Shown: in pieces, positions 1-9,034 of the stretch
Layout: the number at the start of each line of letters is the position of its first letter
How positions within the stretch are numbered: position 1 is the first letter of the stretch
NCBI GenBank assembly: GCA_021848465.1
Contig: JAJZUP010000002.1
Coordinates: forward strand, 348,524-412,523
DNA from: Pseudomonadota bacterium
GTDB lineage: Bacteria; Pseudomonadota; Gammaproteobacteria; Burkholderiales; Gallionellaceae
DNA: 64,000 nucleotides
Direction of reading: 5' to 3'
Translations under genes and position numbers: made by a program
Notes under the pieces: generated by a model
The model's input: only the letters and a program-made list of their open reading frames with translations
Database searches by the model: none
Told to the model about the DNA's origin: nothing

Positions 1-443
1 TAGCTAGTCGGTGCAGTATGGTCTCATTCACCCCATGGCACTCACTTCCGCTTAGATGGGCAAAGTGATGCTGCCTGATTTGTCCCTTCCTAGCAATAAG
101 AGGCTCGCCACATTTGACGCAAAGACAGCCACAGGAAGCTCCGCGCGGGACTTCGGAAATGTGAATAAGATTACCGTTGAGTTCGGCGTAAACCGCATTC
201 TGGGATGCATGCATTGTTTAAGTATACGACCAATAGAGGCGAGTGATGGGGATTGAACCGGTCTGCAGGATGTGTCCGGAATTTTGTGTATAGCCGACAA
301 AACTTAATCTATTACTTTCTGTCGGCTATGGCCGAGCTGCTGACCTTCATTTCAGTCATGCTGAATGACTGCTTCTGGCACACAGCAGACTAAATTTGGA
401 ACGCTAGGGACCGACCGCTATGGCCGAGCAGCCGACACTCTAT

Positions 444-1199
444 TCACCTCACCTCTGCCAACTCACTCCACTTTGTCATATACCCCGGACTGACATTCCC
501 CCGCTTCATCTGCCAGCTCTGCCCTACTCCATCGCTGGCCAGCCTGAGTGCACCCCTCCCCATCTTCAGATTCACCTGATCAAGCGTTGCCATGAGCTTT
601 GCATGTGAACTGGATCGCAGTAGGTCAGGCGTAAACAGTTCGCCTTGCACAATTCCAGCGGGGGTAATATCCGACAGCATCACCCCTGCCTTCTGGTATC
701 TGAAACCCTCCCGATAAATCTGTCTCAGGCCGAGCAGAACGGCCTCCACCAGCCTCATGGTGTCATCGGTAGGCTTGGGTAGCCCAATCATCAGTCCGGG
801 GCCGTATTGGGGCTCGTTGTCCTTATGCGGGTTGGTACGGATATAGACATAGGCTGTTGCAGCGACGGATTGCTGGCGCCGGAGCTTTTCTGCGGCACGG
901 CTCATGTAGCTGGATACGGCTTCTTCAAGTTCCGGTAGGCTGGTCACATATCGACCAAAGCTTCTGGAGCTGATGATCTGCTGCTTGGCCGGAGTGATGT
1001 CGGATAGTTCCAGACAGGACTCGCCCCTAAGTTCTCTGACGGTGCGTTCCATGACAACGCCAAATCGGTTGCGTAGGCGGTGACGATCAAAGTCTCTTAG
1101 TTGCCTGACGGTGTGAATACCACCGGCATTGAGATGTGCGCTCAGCTTGCGACCGATGCCCCAGACATCGCCGACTTCGATGTTGTCGGGTAGTGAACG
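444..1199 (-). pseudogene. umuC: 5'-truncated umuC (Y-family DNA polymerase V catalytic subunit); only the C-terminal ~250 codons remain
   Basis: The minus-strand translation reads ...LPDNIEVGDVWGIGRKLSAHLNAGGIHTVRQLRDFDRHRLRNRFGVVMERTVRELRGESCLEL...YQKAGVMLSDI...WQMKRGNVSPGYMTKWSEL. This is colinear with E. coli UmuC from about residue 180 to the C-terminus. The frame is closed by an in-frame stop at 1200-1202, and the N-terminal catalytic half is absent. Confidence 0.85.
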
Positions 1200-1238
1200 T
1201 CAGCTATACTGCAAAAAGTTAATCTTCACTATTTCACA

Positions 1239-4200
1239 ATGTCTAATCGCCCATCATCAAGCGGGGAGCGCGCAGCCGTAATCGGATACTCTGCACAGTA
1301 CCGTATTGCGGCTGAGCTAATCTATTCATCTCTAGTAACCGAAGAGTTGGAGTGGGTAGCCTTAGCTGATCCAGAAGCCGGAAGATTAGATGACATCCAG
1401 ATTGCTACGCCGGGTCGCCTAGATGCTTATCAGGTGAAATGGGGAGAGCAAACTGGCACTCTTTCGTTCAACGATTTATCGAGCGGCAAGGGTGATACAA
1501 CACTAATATCAAGTAATGGCTTGATTGGGCAGCTTGCGGGGGGATGGCATAAATTTAGACAGGCCCATCCTACCCGCCGAGTAGTTGTCCATCTCCTAGC
1601 TCGAGACATAGCATCCGCTTCAACGAAGGCAACCATCCCTCACGATAGCAACACAGTTTCCAAGCCTAATCTTCAGGGATTTCTGACAGATTGCTGGGTA
1701 GATCGAAGTTGGTCTACCCAAGGGCTTGGCGCTTGTCCCACGGGATGGAACCCTGCGCTTACCGCACTGAAAGATGCATCCGGCATAGATGAGGCTGCTT
1801 TCTTGTCTTTCATTCGAGATTGTGAGCTAGAGTTTGGCTATTCCTTGCAAAGCGCATCATTCACTCGCGACGGATTGCGCCAAGCAGAAGACATAGAGAC
1901 GCTCGCTGCCTTCCTCTTCCGCACAGTCGGGGCTGACAAGCGAGAAATTCGAATTGAACGGGACGAGTTGCTGAGACGTTTAGGTTGGGCTGAGCGGTTT
2001 TCTCAGCACTTCACTCACGATTTCAAAATAGACAAGCTTTACCAGCCCATTTCTGCCACGATCAGCGATCTGGAGAATGCTCTGAACAAGCACAAGCGCG
2101 GCTATCTGGCGTTGCTTGGCACACCGGGCTCCGGAAAATCCACAACTCTGACTCATGCCTTGCGCTATCGAAGTGGCTACCGGGTTGTGCGCTATTACTC
2201 TTATGTGCCAGACAGTTTCACCCAAGGGCGAGGCGAAGCGGCGAACTTCTTGCATGACATGGTTCTTGCCCTGAAGTCACTTGGCTTTCATGGCGGTAAG
2301 AGTCAGGCAAAAACATTTGAGGAGCTCCTTGATAAATTCAGTCATCAGTTAGCCGAACTTCATGACTCATGGCTAAGCGATGGAGTGCTTACGCTGATTC
2401 TGGTTGACGGACTCGATCATATCGAGCGAGAACAAAGAACGAAACGAAGCCTGCTGGAGATTCTGCCTCATCCCGATACGCTACCAGAGGGCGTGTTGTT
2501 TATCTTGGGCAGCCAGACTTTGGAGCTTAAGGATTTGCCACCTGCGGTCAAAGCCCAGTTACAGCCAAATTTTGCCCGTGTACTGAACATGCGCCCGCTC
2601 GCACGTTCTCAGGTTTTCGACATGATCGACGAGGCGGAGTTATCAATTCCACTTACTCCAGAGCAAAAGGAACAAGCCTATCGAATATCCGCAGGTCATC
2701 CGTTGGCAACCAGTTATCTGATAAGAATATTGGCGGATGCATCGGAATCATCGGCGATAGATACGATTCTTGCTAACGCAAATCCCTATCAAGGGCATGT
2801 TGATCAAGGTTACGACATCTATTGGCAGGGCATCCAACAAAACACCGCCTTAAGTGAATTGCTGGCATTGCTTGCCCGCACCCGCATTCCATTCAATCCG
2901 TTGGAATTGGTGAGATGGGCGGATGAGGCTACAGCACGAACCCTAGTAAGAGAAGCCAGCTTCTACTTTCAAAAGGACACACCTCACCGCTGGCGATTCT
3001 TTCACAACAGTTTTCGCCAATTCATTCTGAATCGCACTTCGCTGAATCTTTTGGACGAACGTGATGAATCCCGAGACCAGGCGTATCACCGAAGGCTGGC
3101 TAATTTAGCCTCTCAGCATCCTGCGGATAACCCTCAAAGCTGGGAAGCCCTTTATCACCTTGCCTGCGCGGAGGAGTGGGAATCAGCGTTGAAGCTCGCA
3201 ACGCAGGAATATTTTCGCCGTCAATTTTATGCGCTACGCCCACTGGCAGACATCAAGGAAGATATTTCTTTTGCTCTGCGTGCCGCACGCGCAACGCAGG
3301 ATGGCATCGCGATATTTCGTTATCTATTAGTCGAGCATGAGTTGGGAGAGCGGCAACAGGTGCTCGATCAAATGGATATGCCGGAGCTAATTTTTGCGCT
3401 CTACGGCACTGAAGCGGTGCTGAATTATTTGATGGATGGAAGCAACCTCCGTGTTACTGATGAAGTCGGCCTTAAATTTTGCCGCCGTCTGGTTGCCACT
3501 GGCGAAATCAAGGCAGCACGGCTGGTATTTGAAGCAGCAGAGCCACTGGAGTTTTTGAGCGGTGCACAGCCAGTTAAGCAACACGGCCCCGACCAATCAT
3601 TGTTGAAACACTGGGTGCGTTGTGCGCATCACTTTCGCACGCTCCAAGAGATGGAAACTGCCGTTGCTGCACTTCGGACCGAGGCGCCTCGGCATGCGCC
3701 AGATGAGGATGAAGTTGTTGCAACGACGAATCTCCGCGCCCATTTGCGTCAGGTGCTCGCGTCTGTGGTTTCTGACTTTTCCGACACCGACAAATGGGCA
3801 AGCCTGCGAACACTCTCAATCGAACCTGATGAGCAGAAAGCGCTTTGTCAGCAATTAGATTTCAATATCTGCAATCTGCACCCATCACACCCTGAGGCGC
3901 AGGCAGCATTAGAACGCATCCTGACATGGGCGACCAAGGAGATGCTTGAAGACGTAGACAGAGTGCTGGTCGCGGAATTCCTGTTGACTATTCGAGGAGA
4001 TGCAGAGGGAGCAATCCACTGGATCGAGGATTTAGTCCAACCGCCGATCTACGACGGATTATCTTCAGGATGGAAACGATTAGAGCCTTTTGCTTTGCGA
4101 ATCCGCTTGAACCGCCTTCTTGCTTCACTTGGGCAAGCAGTCGATCCGGTCAAGGCTGTGCCAGATTCGGATGATCCACGCAAACATGGAAACGTACTGT

Positions 4201-7200
4201 TTGAGCGGCAGTTGGTCATCATTGCCTCAATCTGGGGCCGCGCGAAAAAGGGAGAAATCATGGCTCCCGATGAAATTATTCGCGTGCTCCATCCCGCGTT
4301 ACACCTCTTTAATCGAGGCCGCCGTGAAACCCAAGATTGGTCGGCCTGGTATCAATTTGCTAGCGCGGCAGAGGACTATTTTAAACTGATGATTCGATCA
4401 GTCGCCGCTCATGGGCAGGACGCAGTGCGTGAACTAAGTCGTGAGTTTGAGCAACAATGGGCACTTGAGAAAACTGCCGAGTACTGGTCTACCAACAGGC
4501 GGCGCGCTATCGCTTTGGCACTTTATCGAAATGGTGATGACCGAGACATATTCATTCGCCGATTGGAAAGGTTGGAGCAAGAAATCGGCGTATGGCATGA
4601 AGTTCACGAACAAGCAGAAGAATATGGGCAGCTCGCCTTGGCTTGGCGCGAAGCCGGGGAAATAGAACGAGGCAAATCACTCGTGCCGCTACTTCTAAAG
4701 GGCTCGTTCGGCATCTATCACCACAAAGACCGCCAATTGCAGCAGTGGGTTGATTTGCTCGCCAAAGCTGCTGCATATCAACCAGACTTAGTAAATGAAG
4801 ATATTGGGCGTTTCGCTAGCGCGCTTGTCGTCTTGGAGCAAGCGGGGCGTGGGCGCGGCACGCAGGATGCCGCTACCGAGTTGTTGGCCTTGGTCATGTC
4901 TGCCTATCCCGGTTATGCGAAAACTTTATTCGATTGGCTGCTGGAACATGGGGGGCTACATTTCAGCAGTGCGGTGAGCGGGCTCCTGCTGGGCGCACTA
5001 CGCCACGAAAGCCCGCCTTTAGAGGCGATCTTTACGGTTACACGCCATTTGTTGATTCCATTTGACTCCTACGTTTACGAACCACTAGCAAAGCAACTTG
5101 CCGCGCGCACCGCACAAAGTGCCAAGCTAGAGATCGTGGAACGTCTGATGTGCGAGTTGACGCAGACGATTCAGGTTAAGGCCTATCCGGGAGACCGTCC
5201 CAGATTATGGAGGGCATTGATCGCGGGTGTACGCGAGGCTGGTCAAGATAGTCTGTTTTTCGAGCAGTTGCTTGCTGAAAATCCTGGCAAGCAAGACAGC
5301 TCAAGTTCCAGCTTGCTCCTGACAGATGGCAGGAAGCTAACTGAGGAAGATGTTTTGGTCTTGGTTAACTCATTTGAGCAGTTAGTTACCTTGATCGAAT
5401 CTATAGAGAAGACCGAGTACTTTCCTTGGCGAAGAGTAATAAAGCCACTGATTGGGCGATTTTCCGCTCAACAGATAAACCGTCTTCTTTCCTTGCTTTC
5501 CCCTCATGGGCTTGACAGCATGGTGCGCAATATGTGCGCATCGAGACTCCACGGCCTTGGTCTCACAAATGAAGCTTTGCACATTTTGGAAGCAGTCTTG
5601 AGCGAGACTACTGCATCAGGCTGGGACATAAGTTGGGACGGTGGCAGCCGTCAGCACGCAATCAAGGCTCTAATCTCCATTGCCCCTGACAAGTGGCGCC
5701 CGCGAGCGCTGGAAACACTCGTTGATGATTACATTTCGGAGTTTCACTACCCCTACAATCTGATCCACAATCTTGAAGAGTTGGCCGAGATACTTTTCGA
5801 GGAGGTGCCATGGGAACGGCTATGGCCGGAAATACGAGAACATATCTATCAGCTCTCGGACTTTTCTTTGGCTGAGGCGCAGGCCCCATCTCCGCATGAA
5901 TCAGACCTTTCGGCCGAAGAAGTCTTGCTGCAAGCCGTAGTGTGGGCGGCGAATCTGCCTATCGACGAAGTGCGCGATCAAGTGCATTGCGCACTTTGTG
6001 ATTTTGTAATTCGTAATGTAGCACCCGCGACCACCAAGGCAGTTATCTCGACACAACTGTCAGGAGAGCAGCCCAAGATAATCCAAGGGCTAGCAGTCTT
6101 GGATACGACTTGGCAATTGGGTTCACCGCTCGCACAAGCCTTTTCTGAGCAGATACTTTCATTTTTAACGGCTCAAGATTTTATCTTGCGATGTATGGCC
6201 GCCGAGCTCGTCGAAGAAATCGGCCTACGCATCGAGCCAGATCAGAATGCAGTAAAGCCTTTACCCATGATTTACAACCTGCATCTGCCATCTTTGGGGA
6301 GTGATGAGCGAGCGGTGCCATTGGATGCAATACGTGCAGACGAATTATACCCGGATTCCGATGATGCCTTGGAAATGGTACGGCCATTTGATGCGGAGTT
6401 GAGGATGCTAAGTCGCGCATCAGAAGTCCCACTGGAGAATTTGTTGCAAAGAACGGCAATACTGATGCGACAGTTAGTCCCTGAGGAACAGTGGAGCAAA
6501 TCGGCGGGAGACAAATTACTGACGTTTCTGAAATCCATTGAAATGCAATTGCCGTACAACCGACTAAGACCGCAAGTTGCATTACGCGCTATTTGCCAAG
6601 TCGTTGCGGAACTTGCAGATGCTGATCGGATAGATATTGAAGCGCAGATGTTCGCCTACAGTCGGATTTACCGTTATGACTGGCGGCTTGCGGGGAAAGA
6701 GCCCGTGACTCGCCCAAATGCTGTTGCAGCCCTGAAAGGTCTTGGACTTTTTCCAAAAAAGGATGAGTGGATAGATGGGCGAGCAGCTGCATTTGAGGCT
6801 TTTTCCACCAGATTGGATACTGGGTATTTGGTGGCAGGCGAGCTGTCTCAGTTTAAGGCATGGGATTGGTCTGTGCCAACTGAGTATCGCTTCTCTATGG
6901 CATGCCATCCTGATTGGCGCCACACAAACGAATTGAGAGGTGCATTCGATTTCTTCCCGTATGAGTCAATCTGGAATGCAAGTGACTATCCTGACCTTTA
7001 TGGTGTAAGAGAATATCCTGCATTGGTTGTTTATGGACATTCACAGCAAGTAGCTATCGGGGGATCGGAATGGCTAGCGTTTAACCCGGTCTTTGCGATC
7101 AGTCTGGGATGGTCACATTCTGAAGATGGCTTATTTCGATGGGTTGATGCTGCAGGCAAGACTATGGCGGAAAGTATCTGGTGGCAGGATGGCCCGATAG

Positions 7201-7391
7201 ATCGTCAGCCTCCACGAAGTAACGAGGTAACAGGAGAAGGTTGGCTGGTGATTGTCTCACCGGAGGCTCAATTATCCATTCTGCAACATTACTCTCCGAT
7301 CTCCTTCATGCGCGCGGTTAAGCGCTGCCTTAAAGATGAAGTTGATAGCTTCAATGACTTTTCTGTTGATACATTGACGTGGCCGAACTGA
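1239..7391 (+). CDS. Giant STAND NTPase with an N-terminal Cap4/DUF4297-like PD-(D/E)xK nuclease domain and a ~1,450-aa C-terminal helical-repeat/sensor region (Avs-like antiviral STAND candidate)
   Basis: Uninterrupted 2,050-codon ORF. N-terminus reads GYSAQYRIAAEL...LDD(51-52)IQI...AYQVK(67)W. Walker A GTPGSGKST is at nt 2118-2144 and Walker B LILVDGLD at nt 2394-2417. A STAND-type GHPLA motif is at nt 2694-2708, and an FFHNSFRQF winged-helix-like motif is present. The rest is long Leu/Ala/Glu-rich helical repeats. The last ~300 aa are Trp/aromatic-rich. Confidence 0.8.
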   Translation: MSNRPSSSGERAAVIGYSAQYRIAAELIYSSLVTEELEWVALADPEAGRLDDIQIATPGRLDAYQVKWGEQTGTLSFNDLSSGKGDTTLISSNGLIGQLAGGWHKFRQAHPTRRVVVHLLARDIASASTKATIPHDSNTVSKPNLQGFLTDCWVDRSWSTQGLGACPTGWNPALTALKDASGIDEAAFLSFIRDCELEFGYSLQSASFTRDGLRQAEDIETLAAFLFRTVGADKREIRIERDELLRRLGWAERFSQHFTHDFKIDKLYQPISATISDLENALNKHKRGYLALLGTPGSGKSTTLTHALRYRSGYRVVRYYSYVPDSFTQGRGEAANFLHDMVLALKSLGFHGGKSQAKTFEELLDKFSHQLAELHDSWLSDGVLTLILVDGLDHIEREQRTKRSLLEILPHPDTLPEGVLFILGSQTLELKDLPPAVKAQLQPNFARVLNMRPLARSQVFDMIDEAELSIPLTPEQKEQAYRISAGHPLATSYLIRILADASESSAIDTILANANPYQGHVDQGYDIYWQGIQQNTALSELLALLARTRIPFNPLELVRWADEATARTLVREASFYFQKDTPHRWRFFHNSFRQFILNRTSLNLLDERDESRDQAYHRRLANLASQHPADNPQSWEALYHLACAEEWESALKLATQEYFRRQFYALRPLADIKEDISFALRAARATQDGIAIFRYLLVEHELGERQQVLDQMDMPELIFALYGTEAVLNYLMDGSNLRVTDEVGLKFCRRLVATGEIKAARLVFEAAEPLEFLSGAQPVKQHGPDQSLLKHWVRCAHHFRTLQEMETAVAALRTEAPRHAPDEDEVVATTNLRAHLRQVLASVVSDFSDTDKWASLRTLSIEPDEQKALCQQLDFNICNLHPSHPEAQAALERILTWATKEMLEDVDRVLVAEFLLTIRGDAEGAIHWIEDLVQPPIYDGLSSGWKRLEPFALRIRLNRLLASLGQAVDPVKAVPDSDDPRKHGNVLFERQLVIIASIWGRAKKGEIMAPDEIIRVLHPALHLFNRGRRETQDWSAWYQFASAAEDYFKLMIRSVAAHGQDAVRELSREFEQQWALEKTAEYWSTNRRRAIALALYRNGDDRDIFIRRLERLEQEIGVWHEVHEQAEEYGQLALAWREAGEIERGKSLVPLLLKGSFGIYHHKDRQLQQWVDLLAKAAAYQPDLVNEDIGRFASALVVLEQAGRGRGTQDAATELLALVMSAYPGYAKTLFDWLLEHGGLHFSSAVSGLLLGALRHESPPLEAIFTVTRHLLIPFDSYVYEPLAKQLAARTAQSAKLEIVERLMCELTQTIQVKAYPGDRPRLWRALIAGVREAGQDSLFFEQLLAENPGKQDSSSSSLLLTDGRKLTEEDVLVLVNSFEQLVTLIESIEKTEYFPWRRVIKPLIGRFSAQQINRLLSLLSPHGLDSMVRNMCASRLHGLGLTNEALHILEAVLSETTASGWDISWDGGSRQHAIKALISIAPDKWRPRALETLVDDYISEFHYPYNLIHNLEELAEILFEEVPWERLWPEIREHIYQLSDFSLAEAQAPSPHESDLSAEEVLLQAVVWAANLPIDEVRDQVHCALCDFVIRNVAPATTKAVISTQLSGEQPKIIQGLAVLDTTWQLGSPLAQAFSEQILSFLTAQDFILRCMAAELVEEIGLRIEPDQNAVKPLPMIYNLHLPSLGSDERAVPLDAIRADELYPDSDDALEMVRPFDAELRMLSRASEVPLENLLQRTAILMRQLVPEEQWSKSAGDKLLTFLKSIEMQLPYNRLRPQVALRAICQVVAELADADRIDIEAQMFAYSRIYRYDWRLAGKEPVTRPNAVAALKGLGLFPKKDEWIDGRAAAFEAFSTRLDTGYLVAGELSQFKAWDWSVPTEYRFSMACHPDWRHTNELRGAFDFFPYESIWNASDYPDLYGVREYPALVVYGHSQQVAIGGSEWLAFNPVFAISLGWSHSEDGLFRWVDAAGKTMAESIWWQDGPIDRQPPRSNEVTGEGWLVIVSPEAQLSILQHYSPISFMRAVKRCLKDEVDSFNDFSVDTLTWPN

Positions 7392-7517
7392 TTTAGACTA
7401 AACTAGATTAGAGTTCGCCACAGAAACCGGTTTACTATCCAGTTCAAGAATCGGGTGTCTCAGCAGCAAAGAAATCCCGTTTTCACAAAATTCCAGACAC
7501 CCTCACGCCCGAAACAT

Positions 7518-8432
7518 TCAATTGTGCTGCGGCGCAGCCCGGGGCAAAGAGGAAGGGGGGGCCGTCCGACCTAAAGTGTTTGTTAACGAACCTTTCGATG
7601 CGACAACAAACTCACTCGCCGGAAGAACAAGCCGAACCCCTCCAACTTCAAGTACAGAATTTGTTCCTATGCCCTGAAATAGAATTGCCGCATCTTTGTA
7701 AACGGCTCCATCCTTCGTAATCGGTATTTCTGGAATAACACCATTGCTTTCGAGAAATTTTGCATACCTCTCAGAAATCTGGACGACCACCGCATCGTTT
7801 CGAACTCCAATTAATCGCATTGCTTGATCGAGTATGCTTCCCTGTGACTTCGTGGCTATCAAGGGAATGAGTATTGCTACTAATGCCAAGCTGATCTTTA
7901 CCTGCCTCTCTAACCCCTTATTACCAGCAATCACCTTGGGCGGCTCTGTATGCCACAAACCGTAGATAACTCCCATCAGTAGCGCCCCTTCTAGCAAGCC
8001 AACACCTACAGCGAAATCGTCAGCCATTTTCGCAACGAAGATAAACAGCATAAGCAATCCAAACACGATTACGCCCAGCTTGTCCAAGCCGAGCTCCGGA
8101 AAACTTACGAGACATCGTAGTTTCTCTGGATTATTTTGCCTTGCGATGTTTATTACGAAAACTGCCGTTTTTTGCATATATCGCAAAACTGGGGAGAGTG
8201 TGAGTCCAGCCGAGAAGAAAGCTAGAACCACCAGTGTATAGGTAAATGAAACAGCGAGGCTGGCGGCTATGAATAGAAGACTGTCACCAATTGTAACTCC
8301 TGTCGGATAGTAATCGATTCTTCCGCAGTATACGATGATCGTTAATACCCCGATAGATATCCCGAGCTGCAAGGTCAATTTGGCGATGGCTGAGATTACT
8401 TCCACCGGCTTTTCCAAATCTTCAAGCTTCAT
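7518..8432 (-). CDS. Polytopic membrane protein (about 5-6 TM segments) with a ~100-aa soluble C-terminal domain; no recognisable family
   Basis: 304-codon ORF with hydrophobic stretches such as LGISIGVLTIIVYCG, LLFIAASLAVSFTYTLVVLAFF, GVIVFGLLMLFIFVA, VGVGLLEGALLMGVIYGLW and ISLALVAILIPLIA. It lies 27 nt downstream of, and co-directional with, the 148-aa membrane ORF. Confidence 0.7.
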   Translation of the reverse strand: MKLEDLEKPVEVISAIAKLTLQLGISIGVLTIIVYCGRIDYYPTGVTIGDSLLFIAASLAVSFTYTLVVLAFFSAGLTLSPVLRYMQKTAVFVINIARQNNPEKLRCLVSFPELGLDKLGVIVFGLLMLFIFVAKMADDFAVGVGLLEGALLMGVIYGLWHTEPPKVIAGNKGLERQVKISLALVAILIPLIATKSQGSILDQAMRLIGVRNDAVVVQISERYAKFLESNGVIPEIPITKDGAVYKDAAILFQGIGTNSVLEVGGVRLVLPASEFVVASKGSLTNTLGRTAPPSSLPRAAPQHN

Positions 8433-8459
8433 CTCAGCCCTTTTCGCTTACGTTTAAGG

Positions 8460-8906
8460 TCAGGGGCGCTCCGCTTGCGGAGCGTCCCGTTTGTGCGCAG
8501 TGTTAGAGGTTACAACGTTAGTTTGGGGGCGAAGTTGCCTCTCTGTTTGAAGGAGTAACAACGCTTGAGAAACTGTAATAACAGAAAACATATATATCAT
8601 CGCGAGTGGCGCGAACAGCCATGCCCTTTTCGTACCCTTGACCGGCCGGATAAGTTTTTCAACTCCGTGGTGTATGTTCCATGCGAACAGTCCAGATGCT
8701 GCTAGCAAAACCAGAACTGCGACAATCACATTGATTGTTGATCCAAGCTGCATCTCTGAGCGATATTTAAATACAGCACCTCCCGCGATAGTCAGGCTAA
8801 TGCAGATAAGTAGATTACGAATGTTATCAAATACGTGTTTAATGAGTGCGTCTTGAGCCTCGGCTTTTAGCCGTTTTTCCTCTTGTGTCAAATCGTCTGG
8901 CATCAA
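8460..8906 (-). CDS. Small membrane protein (about 3 TM); no recognisable family
   Basis: 148-codon ORF with a charged N-terminus (DLTQEEKRLKAEAQD). Hydrophobic segments LLICISLTIAGGAVF, INVIVAVLVLLAASGLFAW and WLFAPLAMIYMFSVITV follow. It appears operonic with 7518-8432. Confidence 0.65.
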   Translation of the reverse strand: MMPDDLTQEEKRLKAEAQDALIKHVFDNIRNLLICISLTIAGGAVFKYRSEMQLGSTINVIVAVLVLLAASGLFAWNIHHGVEKLIRPVKGTKRAWLFAPLAMIYMFSVITVSQALLLLQTERQLRPQTNVVTSNTAHKRDAPQAERP

Positions 8907-9034
8907 TACCCCATAGCGTATAAAACCCGTTGCTAGCTATCCCTCTCAAATATGAGGTTGTGCCTCAGGTTACAGAAAAACTCATGAACCCACGCATCAT
9001 TAACAAATGAGCCATGAATCGAAGCAATACAACA

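Noticed and set aside
52-300. Two overlapping small ORFs (82 aa on minus, 66 aa on plus) at the window start
   Set aside because: They lack motifs and an RBS and mutually overlap. The region may be non-coding or part of an element cut by the window edge.
7398-7409. 12-nt sequence CTAAACTAGATT shared downstream of the STAND gene (7398-7409) and the DUF726-like gene (17090-17101)
   Set aside because: Many identical 12-mers are expected by chance in 64 kb on two strands, and the flanks do not extend the match.
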